Shown here in pieces: positions 10,801 through 21,653 of a stretch of 34,193 nucleotides of DNA. The stretch is taken from contig JAIRZB010000021.1 in assembly GCA_031267435.1 (NCBI GenBank), positions 1 to 34,193 on the forward strand. Reading direction: 5' to 3'. Positions within the stretch are counted from its first letter, which is position 1. Every line of letters begins with the position of its first letter. The translations under genes and the position numbers were made by a program. The stretch is from Puniceicoccales bacterium. Its GTDB lineage: Bacteria; Verrucomicrobiota; Verrucomicrobiia; Opitutales; LL51. The notes below the pieces were generated by a model. That model did no database searches. It saw only the letters and a program-made list of their open reading frames with translations, and was not told where the DNA came from.

Positions 10801-11970
10801 CAAGCCGATGGGGCGATGGTGAAAAAAGATGAATTATTAGCAGCGTGGGATCCTCATAGTGCGCCAATTATTGCAGAGTTTTCCGGGCGTGTGCAATTTA
10901 AGGATATCATTTCTGGCATTACGATTAAGCGGGATATCGATGAGGCCAGCGGACGTATTACGACGGTTGTCATTGAACATAAGGAGGAGTTGAATCCGAC
11001 GATTGAGATTATTGTTCAGGAAAATGATGAGGAACGCGTTGTCGCTGTCTATCCCATTCCGACGGGGGCGCAAATTTTGGTCGACGATGGCAATCAAATT
11101 TTAGGCGGGTCGCTATTGGCAAAGACACCGCGTTCGGTTTCAAAAACACAGGATATTACCGGTGGGTTGCCGCGGGTAGCGGAATTATTTGAAGCGCGTC
11201 GCCCGAAGGAAGCGGCGGAAATGGCGAAAATTGATGGTGTAATTTCATTTGGCGGAATGATTCGCAATAAAAAACGTATTTGGGTGACAGATACGGAAAC
11301 GGGGCGCAGAGAGGAACATCTTATTCCTCACGGTATTCATTTAGTGGTTCACGAAGGCGATTTTGTTAATCGCGGTCAGAATTTAACAGAAGGTGTGGCC
11401 GATCCCCATGAGATTTTAAATATATTGGGAACCGCTGCGGTACAGGAATATTTGATTTCGGAGGTTCAAAAGGTTTACCGGATGCAAGGTGTGACGATTA
11501 ACGATAAGCATATCGAAATTATCGTGGCACGGATGCTACGGAAGGTGCGCATTACGGATCCGGGCGATTCAGATTTCTTCTGGGGTGAACAGATCGAGAA
11601 GGATCAATTTCTAATAGTGAATGAGGAAATTATTGAGGCCGGAGGAAAACCGGCGGAGGCGGAACCTATTTTGCTAGGGATTACGAAGTCTTCGCTGGAG
11701 ACGGAAAGCTTTATTTCGGCGGCGTCGTTCCAGGAAACAACTAAAGTTTTAACGGATGCGGCGACGCTCGGTAAAGTGGATGAGCTGCGTGGATTTAAAG
11801 AAAATGTAATTATGGGGCATCTCATTCCCGCGGGAAGCGGGTTACCGTCCTATCGCCGCTTAAAGCTTCAGATACTTTCCGACGGCAGCGAAGAACTTAT
11901 TATGATGCAGAAGTTAGTCCATGACGCACCGAATCCGGAACATGAAATGGCTGCGACGATAGAGGATTAA
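7816..11970 (+). CDS. rpoC: DNA-directed RNA polymerase subunit beta' (1384 aa)
   Basis: Zinc motif [23 protein letters not shown]. Catalytic [12 protein letters not shown]. Starts 12 nt after rpoB. Confidence 0.98.
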   Translation: MSTEAVKEFLGFDRDNEFDTVAISIASPDAIRSWSRGEVKNPETINYRTFKPEPGGLFCQRIFGPVKDYECACGKYKRIKYKGVVCDRCGVEVTLSRARRESMGHVELAVPIAHIWFLKSLPSRLGLFLDMPVRDIEKIIYYESHMVTDSGSTPLKKCQLLQEQEYEMLRSEYGDDAFTAKMGAIAIREILSEMDLEEMVYNIQEEMYATNAKQMKKKLAKRLKMVSGFLRSGSRPEWMVLEALPVLPPDLRPLVPLDGGRFATSDLNDLYRRVINRNNRLKSLMQLKTPDVIVHNEMRMLQEAVDALFDNGRHGKAVLGAGNRPLKSLGDMLKGKQGRFRQNLLGKRVDYSGRSVIVIGPELKLHQCGLPKKMALVLFEPFIIRRLKELDFVHTVRSARKMIERQDPEVWDILEEVTREHPILLNRAPTLHRLSIQAFEPILIEGEAIRLHPLVCTPFNADFDGDQMAVHVPLSIEAIMECKLLMMATQNMFSPSSGKPILTPSQDIILGVYYLTYEPKQKEERIPLMGSVEEVLMAEAQGVVTKQDWIHLANPDYGRVTRYGNCKDRVIKTTVGRVIFNQIFPRSLGFINFSIGKGMLGDLIMGTYKIVGQKEAVQMLDRLKNLGFYTAMKAGLSIGVDDMIVPLEKRNIITEARQKVEEIDNQFQKGIITSGERSNKIIDIWTNATDEVAQVAFDRLMKNDEKDYINPVYLMMDSGARGNRQQVRQLCGMRGLVAKPSGEIIERPILSSFREGLSVLEYFISTHGARKGLADMALKTADAGYMTRKLCDVAMDCIVSCEDDACRNGIWKQAVMDGDEEIISLQERIIGRCAAEDVRNPMNSEEILVASGSLITADVARKIDETGIERVKILSPLTSMKDNGIPAIAYGIDPATNSMVACGSAVGIIAAQSIGEPGTQLTMRIFHIGGVASQVLKAPEHRAKMGGVIRQENLRLVRTTDGASIVLNRMGRLVLSDVNGREIESYGIVPGAVLLQADGAMVKKDELLAAWDPHSAPIIAEFSGRVQFKDIISGITIKRDIDEASGRITTVVIEHKEELNPTIEIIVQENDEERVVAVYPIPTGAQILVDDGNQILGGSLLAKTPRSVSKTQDITGGLPRVAELFEARRPKEAAEMAKIDGVISFGGMIRNKKRIWVTDTETGRREEHLIPHGIHLVVHEGDFVNRGQNLTEGVADPHEILNILGTAAVQEYLISEVQKVYRMQGVTINDKHIEIIVARMLRKVRITDPGDSDFFWGEQIEKDQFLIVNEEIIEAGGKPAEAEPILLGITKSSLETESFISAASFQETTKVLTDAATLGKVDELRGFKENVIMGHLIPAGSGLPSYRRLKLQILSDGSEELIMMQKLVHDAPNPEHEMAATIED

Positions 11971-12055
11971 AATGGTTGATAAAAATTTTAAAATAAGACT
12001 TGATTTGAGAAACTTTAGTCATAGTTTAGAGGGAAATTGAACTAATAAAATTCTG

Positions 12056-12439
12056 ATGCCTACCATTAATCAGTTAGTGAAGTCGCCACGTGTAAATGTG
12101 GTTGTGAAATCCAAAGCGCCAGCGTTGCGTGAGAATCCGTTTAGGAGAGGAGTATGCGTGCAGGTCATGACGCGTACGCCAAAGAAGCCCAATTCGGCTA
12201 TCCGTAAGGTGGCGAAGGTGCGCCTGACCAGTGGAATTGAGGTGATTGCCTACATTCCCGATGAGGGGCATAGTTTGCAGGAGCATAGTATCGTATTGGT
12301 GCGCGGCGGGCGCGTGAAGGATTTGCCGGGGGTGCGTTATCACATTGTGCGTGGGGCTTTGGATTGTTCCGGAGTGGAAAAGCGTCGTCGGAGTCGTTCG
12401 AAATATGGCGTAAAGCGTCCTAAGGCTGGTAAAAAGTAA
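12056..12439 (+). CDS. rpsL: 30S ribosomal protein S12
   Basis: MPTINQL..., [33 protein letters not shown]. Confidence 0.98.
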   Translation: MPTINQLVKSPRVNVVVKSKAPALRENPFRRGVCVQVMTRTPKKPNSAIRKVAKVRLTSGIEVIAYIPDEGHSLQEHSIVLVRGGRVKDLPGVRYHIVRGALDCSGVEKRRRSRSKYGVKRPKAGKK

Positions 12440-12452
12440 ATGAAAGGAACAT

Positions 12453-12926
12453 ATGTCGCGTCGTAGAAGGGCTGAAAGGCGAGAATTTGTAAAGGATCCG
12501 AGGTTTAGTAGTGCGCTAATCGGGCAGTTGGTGAGTATTGTGATGGAGCGTGGAAAACGTTCTTTAGCGTGTTCGATCGTGTACGGTGCCATTGAGAAGG
12601 CGAGCGAGGAATTGGCGAAGGGGGATCCGGTGGAGCTTTTACTGGTGGTGTTGGAGAATGCGCGTCCGAAGGTGGAAGTGAAGAGTCGTCGTGTCGGTGG
12701 AGCGACCTATCAAGTTCCGGTAGAAGTGCCGTATATTCGTCAGCAGAGTTTAGTATTTCGCTGGCTCATTGATGCGGCGAAGTCGCGGAAGGGAAAGGCG
12801 ATGCGGGAGGCCCTAGGGCAGGAGATTATTGATGCCTATAATAATACGGGCAATGTGGTGAAGAAGAAGCTAGAAATGCATCGCATGGCGCAGGCAAATC
12901 GGGCTTTTGCGCATTTTGTTTGGTAA
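12453..12926 (+). CDS. rpsG: 30S ribosomal protein S7
   Basis: VEVKSRRVGGATYQVPVEV and C-terminal ANRAFAHFVW. Follows rpsL. Confidence 0.97.
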   Translation: MSRRRRAERREFVKDPRFSSALIGQLVSIVMERGKRSLACSIVYGAIEKASEELAKGDPVELLLVVLENARPKVEVKSRRVGGATYQVPVEVPYIRQQSLVFRWLIDAAKSRKGKAMREALGQEIIDAYNNTGNVVKKKLEMHRMAQANRAFAHFVW

Positions 12927-12947
12927 AATTTACAAAAGAGGCGGAAC

Positions 12948-15104
12948 ATGGCAAACGATAAAAAAATTTCAGCGGCAAATTCCCCTCACCGGAAAAGTCC
13001 TTTAGAATACACGCGCAATATTGGCATTGCGGCGCACATCGATGCGGGGAAAACGACGACAACGGAACGCATTTTGTATTATGCGGGCGTCGTTCATAAG
13101 ATGGGTGAGGTTCACGAGGGGACGGCGGTGACCGATTGGATGGAGCAGGAGCGGGAACGAGGGATTACGATTACGTCTGCGGCAATTAGTTGTGGATGGA
13201 AGACAAAGATTGGATTATTTGCTGGGATTAACCATCAAATTAACCTGATTGATACACCGGGACACGTCGATTTTACGGCGGAGGTGGAGCGTTCACTGCG
13301 CGTATTAGATGGTGCCGTAGGTGTATTTTGTGCGGTAGCTGGGGTGCAGCCGCAATCGGAAACGGTCTGGCGGCAGATGGACAAATACAGTGTGCCGCGC
13401 ATTGCATTTATCAACAAAATGGATCGTACGGGAGCGGATTTCCTGGGTGCCATCGAGAGCATTCGGACAAAGCTAGGGAAAAACGCACATCCTCTCTATT
13501 TAAATATAGGTGCGGAAGAAAAATTTGAGGGCCTGATTGATTTGGTGACTATGAAGGCCTATGTTTACGATGGTAAAGATCCGTTGGGAGAAAAATTTGA
13601 TACGGTTGATATTCCGGCGAATTATCAAAAGCAGGCGGAAAAATATCATGAATCACTCATAGAAGCTCTAGCGGATTATGATGATGAGTTGGCGGAGAAA
13701 TATTTGAGTGGTGGAGAAATTTCGCAGGATACGATCCGTGCAGCGGTACGTAAGGCAACGCTATCGATGGATTTTGTGGGAGTGATTCCGGGCAGTGCTT
13801 TTAAGAAAAAGGGCGTTCAAATGCTACTCGATGCGGTGGTCGATTTTTTACCTTCTCCGATTGATTTGCCGCCGACGAAAGCTTTTGCGGACGATGGTGG
13901 CATAGTCGAAATTCGTCCCAATGATAGCGAGAAGATGACGGCATTGGGATTCAAATTGATGAGCGATCCCTATGTGGGGAAGTTGGTATTTTGTCGCGTT
14001 TACAGTGGGCAGCTCAAAAAAGGTGATACCGTCTACAATCCGCGCACGCGAAAGACGGAGCGGGTAAGTCGCCTTATGATTATGAAAGCCGATGATCGCG
14101 AGGATATTGATGTTGCGTATTCCGGGGATATTTGTGCAATTATCGGAGTGAGGGGTGTGGCGACGGGTGATACGCTATGCGATCGTTCGTTCGAAGGAAT
14201 TTTGGAGCCACCCACATTTCCCGAGCCGGTTATTAGCATGTCCATTGAACCAAAATCAAAGGCAGATCAGGAAAAATTAGCATTAGGCTTACAGAGTTTA
14301 GCGGAGGAAGATCCGACTTTTAAGGTAACGACGAATCCTGAAACGGGGCAGACGTTGATTGCTGGAATGGGTGAATTGCATTTGGATATCATCCGCGATC
14401 GTTTGTTCCGTGAGTTCAACGTTGACGCAACGGCGGGGCGTCCGCAGATTGCCTATCGCGAAACGATTACAAATGAAGCGATGGGTGAAGGGAAATTTAT
14501 TCGTCAATCCGGTGGTCGCGGACAATATGGTCATGCGGTAATTAAGCTTGAGCCGGTGAATCGGAGTGAAGGCATTTCCGTGGAGAATGAGATTGTTGGC
14601 GGCGTGATCCCCAAGGAGTACATTAAACCGACCCAGGAAGGTATTCGGGAAGGGGCGAATAATGGTGTTGTGGCGGGGTATCCCGTTGTCGATTTTTGTG
14701 CGCGCATTGTGGATGGTAGTTTTCATGAAGTTGATTCTTCGGAAGTTGCATTTCGGATGGCGGGTATTTTTGCTTTTAAGGATGCGATGAAGAAGGCTAA
14801 ACCGATCCTTCTTGAGCCAATTATGAGGGTTGAGGTTTCAACGCCGGAGGAGTATCAGGGCGATGTGATTGGCGATTTAAATCGTCGCCGTGGGCAGATT
14901 CAGAGCATGGAAAGTAAGGGGGCATTGGCGAATATCATGGCTTTTGTACCATTGGAGATGATGTTTGGCTATGCGACGGATGTACGTTCGCTAACGAAAG
15001 GACGGGCGAGCTATTCGATGGAGCCTTCCCATTTCGAGCAAGTTCCGGCAAGTTTATTACAGCAGATTGTGGAAACGTCGAGCCGTGCGGTGGCACGTTC
15101 ATAA
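12948..15104 (+). CDS. fusA: Elongation factor G (718 aa)
   Basis: G1 [16 protein letters not shown]3 DTPGHVDF, G4 INKMDR. Domain IV/V sequence [14 protein letters not shown]. Follows rpsG. Confidence 0.97.
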   Translation: MANDKKISAANSPHRKSPLEYTRNIGIAAHIDAGKTTTTERILYYAGVVHKMGEVHEGTAVTDWMEQERERGITITSAAISCGWKTKIGLFAGINHQINLIDTPGHVDFTAEVERSLRVLDGAVGVFCAVAGVQPQSETVWRQMDKYSVPRIAFINKMDRTGADFLGAIESIRTKLGKNAHPLYLNIGAEEKFEGLIDLVTMKAYVYDGKDPLGEKFDTVDIPANYQKQAEKYHESLIEALADYDDELAEKYLSGGEISQDTIRAAVRKATLSMDFVGVIPGSAFKKKGVQMLLDAVVDFLPSPIDLPPTKAFADDGGIVEIRPNDSEKMTALGFKLMSDPYVGKLVFCRVYSGQLKKGDTVYNPRTRKTERVSRLMIMKADDREDIDVAYSGDICAIIGVRGVATGDTLCDRSFEGILEPPTFPEPVISMSIEPKSKADQEKLALGLQSLAEEDPTFKVTTNPETGQTLIAGMGELHLDIIRDRLFREFNVDATAGRPQIAYRETITNEAMGEGKFIRQSGGRGQYGHAVIKLEPVNRSEGISVENEIVGGVIPKEYIKPTQEGIREGANNGVVAGYPVVDFCARIVDGSFHEVDSSEVAFRMAGIFAFKDAMKKAKPILLEPIMRVEVSTPEEYQGDVIGDLNRRRGQIQSMESKGALANIMAFVPLEMMFGYATDVRSLTKGRASYSMEPSHFEQVPASLLQQIVETSSRAVARS

Positions 15105-15121
15105 ATTTTAAGAGAGTTGTT

Positions 15122-15427
15122 ATGGCACAGAGGATTAGAATAAAGTTAAAGAGTTTCGATCACCGGTTAGTGGATCAATCGGCGGTGGAGATTGTGGATA
15201 CGGCAAAGCGTTCCGGGGCGCGCGTTGTAGGGCCGGTGCCGTTGCCAACGCGGAAGGAGCGTTTCACGGTGAATCGTTCGCCGCACGTCAATAAAAAATC
15301 GATGGATCAATTTGAATTACGGGAACACGATCGCCTGATCGATATCCATGAGCCAACGGCGGACACGATTGATGCATTGCGTCGGTTAAATTTATCGGCT
15401 GGAGTTGAGATTTTAATTAATGTTTAA
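15122..15427 (+). CDS. rpsJ: 30S ribosomal protein S10
   Basis: [17 protein letters not shown]..., [21 protein letters not shown]. Starts 17 nt after fusA (no tuf in between). Confidence 0.97.
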   Translation: MAQRIRIKLKSFDHRLVDQSAVEIVDTAKRSGARVVGPVPLPTRKERFTVNRSPHVNKKSMDQFELREHDRLIDIHEPTADTIDALRRLNLSAGVEILINV

Positions 15428-15513
15428 TTTTAAAATATTCTTGACGGAATGAATTTTTTGGAGAGAAAGAATCGGCTAATGCAGGTGTTTGGTAAGGTCT
15501 GCCGCTTAGGGTT

Positions 15514-16155
15514 ATGAGAGACAATAGGATAGTATTAGGAAAGAAGGTTGGAATGACGCAGATTTTTGATAAAAATCGATGCCTCGTTCCAGTTACGGTT
15601 GTGGAGGCTGTTCCCTGTGCGGTTACGCAGTTGAAAATAGCGGATGGAGATGACGGCTATGGTGCGGTTCAATTAGCCTATGGTCAGCGGAAGGCCAAGA
15701 ACGTTTCTAATTCGATATTGGGACATATCAAAAAGGCAAATTTAGAGTCCTGCGAAGGGTTGAAAGAATTTCGTGCGACGGATGTGAGCGGCTATAAGGT
15801 TGGCGATCTCATTGATTTTTCGATATTTCAGGTGGGAGAATTAATTGATGTTATCGGTCGTACGAAGGGGAAGGGATTTCAGGGCGTGATGAAGCGCTAT
15901 GGATTTGGAGGCGGTCCTGCTTCGCACGGTTCGATGTTTCACCGGCGAGGTGGATCCTATGGTTGTCGCCAGTGGCCGGGGCATGTTTACAAAGGACGTA
16001 AGATGCCGGGGCACGATGGTTGCCGCATGCGGACCATACAGAATTTAGAAGTGGTCGATTTGATTACGGACAAAGGGTTACTGTTATTGCGGGGAAGTTT
16101 TCCTGGATCGAATGGTGGTTTGGTTGTATTGCGCAAGGCTAAGAAGATCAAATAG
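15514..16155 (+). CDS. rplC: 50S ribosomal protein L3
   Basis: GKKVGMTQIF and GKGFQGVMKRYGFGGGPASHGS. Confidence 0.96.
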   Translation: MRDNRIVLGKKVGMTQIFDKNRCLVPVTVVEAVPCAVTQLKIADGDDGYGAVQLAYGQRKAKNVSNSILGHIKKANLESCEGLKEFRATDVSGYKVGDLIDFSIFQVGELIDVIGRTKGKGFQGVMKRYGFGGGPASHGSMFHRRGGSYGCRQWPGHVYKGRKMPGHDGCRMRTIQNLEVVDLITDKGLLLLRGSFPGSNGGLVVLRKAKKIK

Positions 16156-16167
16156 GAGAGGTGGAAA

Positions 16168-16788
16168 ATGAAGTTAAAGGTTTACAATCAAGCGGGTGTC
16201 TTTTTGGAGGATCGCGAGTACAATATTCCTGTTTTCGAGGAGGATCGTGGCATTGCTGCTGTGAAATTTACAATTGAGGCACTGCGGGCAAATATGCGCC
16301 AAGGGAACGCTTCGACAAAAACGCGTTCCGACGTGAGTGGTGGCGGTAAAAAACCTTTTCGGCAAAAGGGAACGGGACGGGCTCGTCAAGGTTCGAATCG
16401 AAGTCCATTAATGCCGGGTGGTGGGATTGTTTTTGGTCCCCATCCCCGCGATTATAGTAAAAAAGTAAATAAAAAGGTAAAGAAATTAGCTTTAGCACGG
16501 TCGCTCTACGATTGTTCCGAGGAATTATTGGTATCGGTGATCGATAGTTTTTCGGCAAATTTGCAGAAGACGAAAGAACTTTCGGCATTTATGGGAAAAA
16601 TTTTCCCAACGGGAAATGTGCTAATGATCGATATTCATTTCGAGGATTCGCTCATTTTGGCGGCGAGGAATATGGAGAGAGTTTTTACAATTGATGCGGC
16701 TTCGGTTAATGCATTGGATCTGAAGAGTTACGATCGTTTTCTTGTCAGCGAGGTGGGTTTTGAGCAGTTATTAAATCGGGTAAGGTAG
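16168..16788 (+). CDS. rplD: 50S ribosomal protein L4
   Basis: GGGKKPFRQKGTGRARQGSNRSPLMPGGGIVFGP. Confidence 0.94.
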   Translation: MKLKVYNQAGVFLEDREYNIPVFEEDRGIAAVKFTIEALRANMRQGNASTKTRSDVSGGGKKPFRQKGTGRARQGSNRSPLMPGGGIVFGPHPRDYSKKVNKKVKKLALARSLYDCSEELLVSVIDSFSANLQKTKELSAFMGKIFPTGNVLMIDIHFEDSLILAARNMERVFTIDAASVNALDLKSYDRFLVSEVGFEQLLNRVR

Positions 16789-16794
16789 ATTGTT

Positions 16795-17079
16795 ATGGGG
16801 GACGATATTTTAAAAGGAATTTGTTACACGGAAAAATTTACGGCATTGGGTTCGACTTGCAATCAATACGTATTCGACGTTGGCCTTGGGAGTACGAAAG
16901 GGAGCATCGCGGAGGCCGTGCAATCCGGATTCAATGTGAAGGTAAGGTCGGTGAATATCATTCGTCGCGATGGGAAAATGAGGAAAAATCGCATGAAGCG
17001 TGGAGCCTATGGTGCAACGCCGAGGCGTAAAATCGCAATTGTTACGCTTCAAGCGGGTGACAAAATAGAGATGATTTAA
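16795..17079 (+). CDS. rplW: 50S ribosomal protein L23
   Basis: 94 aa. NQYVFDV, FNVKVRSVNI, KIAIVTLQAGDKI. Position between rplD and rplB. Confidence 0.92.
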   Translation: MGDDILKGICYTEKFTALGSTCNQYVFDVGLGSTKGSIAEAVQSGFNVKVRSVNIIRRDGKMRKNRMKRGAYGATPRRKIAIVTLQAGDKIEMI

Positions 17080-17092
17080 AATAGGATAATAA

Positions 17093-17941
17093 ATGGTCAT
17101 TGTTCAGCATAATCCAAAAACATCGACACAACGGTTTTTAGCGCTCAATAAGCGGGAACTATGGAAGGGGGCTCCGGAGAGTTCCTTGGTGGTGAGTCAG
17201 CATCGCTGTAAGGGGCGGAATTGCTATGGGCGCATTACGTCGCGTCGGCGGGGTGGCGGCCATAAACGGCTCATTCGCCTCATCGATTTTTTTCGCGATA
17301 AACTTGATATTCCGGCAATAGTGGAACGTATTGAGTATGATCCCAATCGTTCGGCGGACATCGCTCTGTTGTATTATGCCGACGGGGAGAAACGTTATAT
17401 TTTAGCGCCTCGTGGATTAAGTATAGGCGGTCAAGTGGTAAGTTTAAATGCGATGCCTCGGGATTTTTCCATCGGAATGTCTTTACCATTGGCCCTGATA
17501 CCGGCTGGGGTCTTTGTGCATTGCATAGAAATTGAGCCGGGGCATGGGGCTGCGATTGCGCGTGGCGCAGGAATGGGGGCACAAATTGTAGCGTTCGACA
17601 ATGGCTATGTGACGATAAAGATGCCGAGCGGTGAGGTGCGTTTGCTGAATCCGAAGTGCCGTGCTACCATAGGACAGGTTGGCAATGGCGATCACGGCAA
17701 GCAATCATTAGGGAAGGCCGGGCGTAACCGTTGGCTAGGGCGCCGTCCGCGTGTGCGCGGTGTGGTTATGAATCCCGTAGATCACCCCATGGGCGGTGGC
17801 GAGGGCCGGACTTCGGGAGGCGGTCATCCGGTTTCTCCATGGGGACAACTCGCGAAGGGTTACCCGACGCGCAAGCGTTCCCAGAAGTCGAATCGCATGA
17901 TTTTGGTAAGAAGAAATGGCAGAAAAGTAAAGAAAGGGTAA
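17093..17941 (+). CDS. rplB: 50S ribosomal protein L2
   Basis: [14 protein letters not shown] and [23 protein letters not shown]. Confidence 0.97.
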   Translation: MVIVQHNPKTSTQRFLALNKRELWKGAPESSLVVSQHRCKGRNCYGRITSRRRGGGHKRLIRLIDFFRDKLDIPAIVERIEYDPNRSADIALLYYADGEKRYILAPRGLSIGGQVVSLNAMPRDFSIGMSLPLALIPAGVFVHCIEIEPGHGAAIARGAGMGAQIVAFDNGYVTIKMPSGEVRLLNPKCRATIGQVGNGDHGKQSLGKAGRNRWLGRRPRVRGVVMNPVDHPMGGGEGRTSGGGHPVSPWGQLAKGYPTRKRSQKSNRMILVRRNGRKVKKG

Positions 17942-17945
17942 GCAT

Positions 17946-18215
17946 ATGGCGCGTTCCGCTAAGAAAGGTTTTTTTGTAGATCCCCATTTAATGGATAAGG
18001 TTGATGTGGCGCAGGCTGCGGATAGTCGCAAGCCGATTAAAACATGGTCGCGTCGTTCAACAATTACGCCGGATTTTGTCGGATTGAATTTCCTGGTTCA
18101 TAATGGAAAATCATTTATTGACGTTTACATAACTGAAAATATGGTTGGTCACAAGTTGGGAGAATTTTCTCCGACTCGTACGTTTAAGAGTCATAATCCT
18201 CATACGCAAAAGTAA
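17946..18215 (+). CDS. rpsS: 30S ribosomal protein S19
   Basis: [37 protein letters not shown]. Confidence 0.97.
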   Translation: MARSAKKGFFVDPHLMDKVDVAQAADSRKPIKTWSRRSTITPDFVGLNFLVHNGKSFIDVYITENMVGHKLGEFSPTRTFKSHNPHTQK

Positions 18216-18216
18216 A

Positions 18217-18552
18217 ATGGAAGTTAGAGCTTTATCGAAATACGTTCACATGTCCGATAAAAAGGTGCGCGATATCACGCGTATTATCGCGGGTAGAAAT
18301 GCAAATGAAGCGGTTCAGCTTCTTAGATTTATACCGCGAAAGTCGGCGCATTTCGTTGAAAAAACTTTATCGAGTGCGATTGCGAATGCGGTTTGTCGTG
18401 GAGTTCGCTCCGAGGTTTTGATGGTAAAGGAGGCGGTAGCGGAGCAGGGTGTTGCGTTTAAACGTTTTGTTCCGGCATCGCGTGGGTCGGCCCATCCGAT
18501 AAAAAAGCGTACAAGTCATATAAAAATAGTGTTAACTGATCATTTAGGGTAA
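18217..18552 (+). CDS. rplV: 50S ribosomal protein L22 (111 aa)
   Basis: KKVRDITRIIAGRNANEAVQLLRFIP. ATG 18217 lies 1 nt after the rpsS stop. The ORF-track start 18145 would overlap rpsS. Confidence 0.95.
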   Translation: MEVRALSKYVHMSDKKVRDITRIIAGRNANEAVQLLRFIPRKSAHFVEKTLSSAIANAVCRGVRSEVLMVKEAVAEQGVAFKRFVPASRGSAHPIKKRTSHIKIVLTDHLG

Positions 18553-18555
18553 ATT

Positions 18556-19188
18556 ATGGGACAAAAGGTAAATCCTATAGGGCTACGTTTGGGGGTTCGT
18601 CGAAATTGGAGCTCCCGTTGGTATGCGACGAAAAAGAATTATCCATTATTTTTGAAAGAGGACTATGAGGTGCGTTCTTTTCTGAGGAGGCGATTATCTT
18701 TTGCGTCTTTTTCCGAAATTTTCATTGAGCGAGCTGGGGGACGTGTACGTGTTAAGATTTTTACGCCCCGTCCGGGAGTTATTATCGGTCGCAAGGGGCA
18801 GGATCTTGAAATTTTGTGTGATGATTTAAAAAAATTAATTGGCCGAGAAGTTTTGGTGGATATTCAGGAGATTCGCAAACCGGATTTGGTAGCGCAATTG
18901 ATTTCGGAGAATATTTCCGTACAATTGGAGCGTCGAATTTCTTTTCGTCGGGCGATGAAGAAGGCGATTCAATCGGCGATGAGTTTGGGAGCAGACGGTA
19001 TAAAGGTTCAGTGTGCGGGGCGTTTAGGTGGTGCGGAAATTGCTCGTTCGGAATCGCAGCGTGCCGGTCGCGTGCCTTTACACACTTTAAAAGAGAATAT
19101 TGACTATGGGTTTTCCGAAGCTAACACGGTTTACGGAAAAATTGGCGTAAAATGTTGGGTTTGTCGTCAGGACAGCGTTAAGGTTTAG
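18556..19188 (+). CDS. rpsC: 30S ribosomal protein S3
   Basis: MGQKVNPIGLRLG N-terminus, KH-domain region, GRLGGAEIARSE. Confidence 0.97.
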   Translation: MGQKVNPIGLRLGVRRNWSSRWYATKKNYPLFLKEDYEVRSFLRRRLSFASFSEIFIERAGGRVRVKIFTPRPGVIIGRKGQDLEILCDDLKKLIGREVLVDIQEIRKPDLVAQLISENISVQLERRISFRRAMKKAIQSAMSLGADGIKVQCAGRLGGAEIARSESQRAGRVPLHTLKENIDYGFSEANTVYGKIGVKCWVCRQDSVKV

Positions 19189-19203
19189 GGAAAGAATGAG
19201 ATT

Positions 19204-19632
19204 ATGAGTAAGTTATCTCCGGCGCGAACGAAGTACAGAAAGGTTCAAAAAGGACGTAATCGCGGCAATGCGAAGGGGGGCGATTTTTTAGCATTTGGTG
19301 ATTGCGGGATTCAATCTTTGGATCGTGGCAGTATGTCCGCATCGCAGATTGAGGCCGCTCGCGTAGCAGTTTCGCGTCATTTAAAAAGAAAAGGTAAGCT
19401 ATGGGTTCGCATTTTTCCGCATATACCGGTAACGAAAAAGCCGGCGGAAACGCGTATGGGAAAAGGAAAAGGTGCCGTTGAATATTGGGCGGCGGCGGTA
19501 AAGCCGGGTACTATTCTTTTTGAATTGGCGGGCGTGTCTTTGACTTTGGCTCGCGAGGCTTTCCGTTTGGCGGATTTCAAGTTGCCGTTTCGCTGTCGTT
19601 TTGTTAGTCGTGAAGAATTGGAGCAGTATTAG
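19204..19632 (+). CDS. rplP: 50S ribosomal protein L16
   Basis: RTKYRKVQKGR, RMGKGKGAVEYW. Confidence 0.96.
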   Translation: MSKLSPARTKYRKVQKGRNRGNAKGGDFLAFGDCGIQSLDRGSMSASQIEAARVAVSRHLKRKGKLWVRIFPHIPVTKKPAETRMGKGKGAVEYWAAAVKPGTILFELAGVSLTLAREAFRLADFKLPFRCRFVSREELEQY

Positions 19633-19633
19633 T

Positions 19634-19831
19634 ATGGAAAGTTTTGGAGAGAAATTGCCGCAGGAGTTGGCGCATGGGTTGAAGGAGGCGGAGCAGTCGC
19701 TTTTTAATTTGCGCATGCGAAAATGTTCTTCGCGTCTCGATAAACCGCACATGATTGCTATATTGAAGAGACAAATTGCGAGAATTAAAACTTTTTTGCG
19801 ACAAAAAACTTGCAAAAATTGTAATAAGTAA
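19634..19831 (+). CDS. rpmC: 50S ribosomal protein L29 (65 aa)
   Basis: LFNLRMRK... and IARIKTFL motifs. ATG 19634 lies 1 nt after the rplP stop. The ORF-track start 19601 overlaps rplP. Confidence 0.9.
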   Translation: MESFGEKLPQELAHGLKEAEQSLFNLRMRKCSSRLDKPHMIAILKRQIARIKTFLRQKTCKNCNK

Positions 19832-19844
19832 AAGTGTATTGACC

Positions 19845-20111
19845 ATGGAGCAGCGAAGTTTTAGGAAGAGTTTACAGGGCGTTGTGACGAGACGTTCGGG
19901 TGATAAGAGTTTGAAGGTGGTTTATGTCTATAAAGTGCCTCACGCGCTCTATCGCAAGGAGATTAGGCGGAGGACAGTTTTGCATGTGCACGATGAAAAA
20001 AATGAATGTTGCGTGGGGGACAAAGTTGAGATTATGGAGACGCGGCCACTGAGTAATTTGAAGCGTTGGCGCGTGGTGCGCATTGTGGAGCGGATGCCCG
20101 TTTCGGAATAG
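19845..20111 (+). CDS. rpsQ: 30S ribosomal protein S17 (88 aa)
   Basis: [30 protein letters not shown]. Start trimmed to ATG 19845, after the rpmC stop. Confidence 0.94.
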   Translation: MEQRSFRKSLQGVVTRRSGDKSLKVVYVYKVPHALYRKEIRRRTVLHVHDEKNECCVGDKVEIMETRPLSNLKRWRVVRIVERMPVSE

Positions 20112-20119
20112 GAGTTTTT

Positions 20120-20485
20120 ATGTTGCAGCAGCAGAGTATATTAGATGTCGCGGACAATACGGGAGCCAAAAAGGCGATGATGATTCGTCGTCTTGGGCAA
20201 AATACGCGTACGGCTAGAGTTGGAGACATCATCGTAGTTGCGATTAAGCATAGTATTCCCGAGGCGGTGGTGAAAAAAGGAAGTGTGGCTCGGGCGGTAA
20301 TTGTTCGAACGGCGGCACCGATTGCGCGGGAGGACGGCAGTTATTTACGCTTTGACCGTAATGCCTGTGTGATTATTGATGACAAAAAAAATCCGAAGGG
20401 CAGTCGTATTTTTGGTCCCGTTGCCAGGGAGTTACGCCAGAAAAATTTTATGAAAATTGTTTCCCTAGCGCCGGAGGTTTTATGA
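20120..20485 (+). CDS. rplN: 50S ribosomal protein L14 (121 aa)
   Basis: [29 protein letters not shown]. Start trimmed to ATG 20120. Confidence 0.97.
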   Translation: MLQQQSILDVADNTGAKKAMMIRRLGQNTRTARVGDIIVVAIKHSIPEAVVKKGSVARAVIVRTAAPIAREDGSYLRFDRNACVIIDDKKNPKGSRIFGPVARELRQKNFMKIVSLAPEVL

Positions 20486-20727
20486 AATATAAAATCAAGA
20501 AGAATGACGAAGTAGTTGTTATTTCCGGCTCGCACCGAGGAAGTCGTGGAAAAATTTTAGAGGTTTTACGCGATTCGTGTCGAGTTATTGTTGAGGGGGT
20601 AGGGTTGCGAAAAAAATATATAAAAAAGAGTCAAAATCATCCCGAAGGTGGAGAGGTTGAATGTGAAAGCAGTATTCATTACTCCAATGTTATGAAAGTT
20701 GTTGATTTTGAGAGGAGAAGGAATTAA
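20482..20727 (+). CDS. rplX: 50S ribosomal protein L24 (short, 81 aa)
   Basis: KOW motif [28 protein letters not shown] overlap with rplN. Confidence 0.9.
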   Translation: MKYKIKKNDEVVVISGSHRGSRGKILEVLRDSCRVIVEGVGLRKKYIKKSQNHPEGGEVECESSIHYSNVMKVVDFERRRN

Positions 20728-20783
20728 TAAATTTTAGATCTTTTGGGAGTTACCATGGGTTTCGATCTCAAATGGAAGTGAAG

Positions 20784-21332
20784 ATGAAAAAATCAGTTTT
20801 GAGAGAGTATTATTCGTTGACGGTGTTGCCGGAGCTGGCGAAGCTTCACGGGTATGGGAATAGGCATTTAATTCCGTATCTGGAAAAAGTTGTTGTCAAT
20901 TCGGCCATTGGAGCAGATTGGGATAAGAATTTTATTGCCGAGGTTGAGCGGGATATTGGGGCAATTTGTTGTCAAAAACCGATTATGGTTAAGGCAAAGA
21001 AGAGTATTTCGAATTTTAAGTTACGTAAAGGAATGCCGAACGGGATTAAGGTGACGTTGAGAGGGGACAGTATGTATAATTTCTTTTACAAACTAGTTTC
21101 GATTGCGCTGCCGGCCGTCCGTGATTTTCGCGGTGTTTCGAATAAATTCGATGGTCGAGGCAATTACACATTGGGTATAGTCGATCACACTATTTTTCCA
21201 GAAGTGTCCATTGGCAAGGAGCGAAGAATCATTGGAATGGATATTACATTTGTTACGTCGGCGAAAACGGACGAAGAGGGTCGTGATTTATTGCGACTGT
21301 TAGGGGTTCCGTTTAGAAAGAAGAGTGCTTAA
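20784..21332 (+). CDS. rplE: 50S ribosomal protein L5
   Basis: [29 protein letters not shown] 20784 is preceded by purine-rich GGAAGTGAAG. ATG 20772 (4 codons upstream, no SD) is the alternative start. Confidence 0.94.
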   Translation: MKKSVLREYYSLTVLPELAKLHGYGNRHLIPYLEKVVVNSAIGADWDKNFIAEVERDIGAICCQKPIMVKAKKSISNFKLRKGMPNGIKVTLRGDSMYNFFYKLVSIALPAVRDFRGVSNKFDGRGNYTLGIVDHTIFPEVSIGKERRIIGMDITFVTSAKTDEEGRDLLRLLGVPFRKKSA

Positions 21333-21343
21333 TTAGGTATATT

Positions 21344-21649
21344 ATGGCGAAAATTTCCGTAGTTAAAAGAAACGAAAAAAGACGTGCGCTTGTCGCAAAG
21401 TTTGCGGCTCGACGTGATGCTTTGAAAAAAATTTTAAAAAATCCCAAGACAACGGATGAGGATTTCTTTAAGGCAAGTCGCAAGTTAGCGGAGTTACCTC
21501 GCGATTCATCGCCGGTGCGCGTGCGTAACCGTTGCGCTATCACAGGAAGAGGGCGTGCTTACCATCGCAAATTTGGGGTTTCGAGGATTCAACTTCGCGA
21601 ATTAGTTTCTTTCGGTAAAATTCCCGGTGTAACAAAGGCTTCGTGGTAA
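21344..21649 (+). CDS. rpsN: 30S ribosomal protein S14 (long, 101-aa form)
   Basis: C-terminus [41 protein letters not shown]. Position between rplE and rpsH. Confidence 0.95.
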   Translation: MAKISVVKRNEKRRALVAKFAARRDALKKILKNPKTTDEDFFKASRKLAELPRDSSPVRVRNRCAITGRGRAYHRKFGVSRIQLRELVSFGKIPGVTKASW

Positions 21650-21653
21650 AATA

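Noticed and set aside
4202-11825. About 20 ORF-track entries nested in or antisense to rpoB/rpoC (for example 6357-6899 minus strand, 180 aa; 9999-10478 minus strand, 159 aa; 8424-8816 minus strand, 130 aa).
   Set aside because: All lie entirely inside two genes with unmistakable RNA polymerase motifs. Their translations are low-complexity S/R/F/I-rich strings typical of the reverse complement of coding sequence, and none has a recognisable domain.
12000-12027. Candidate sigma-70-like promoter upstream of rpsL: TTGATT, 16 nt, TAGTTT.
   Set aside because: The -10 is weak, no supporting evidence exists, and the consensus for this unknown lineage may differ. It is not reported as a feature.
12074-12592. 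172-aa minus-strand ORF spanning rpsL and the start of rpsG.
   Set aside because: It is antisense to two highly conserved ribosomal protein genes and crosses their intergenic gap. It has no motif and is an expected shadow ORF.
15446-15500. Possible second duplication relic. The spacer reads GGAATGA..ATTTTT..AATCG..ATGC, resembling rplC 15550-15590 (GGAATGAcgcagATTTTTGAtAAAAATCGATGC).
   Set aside because: Beyond two 6-7-mers the alignment drops to about 45 percent identity and needs several indels in AT-rich sequence. I cannot distinguish it from chance by eye. A local alignment with statistics would be needed.
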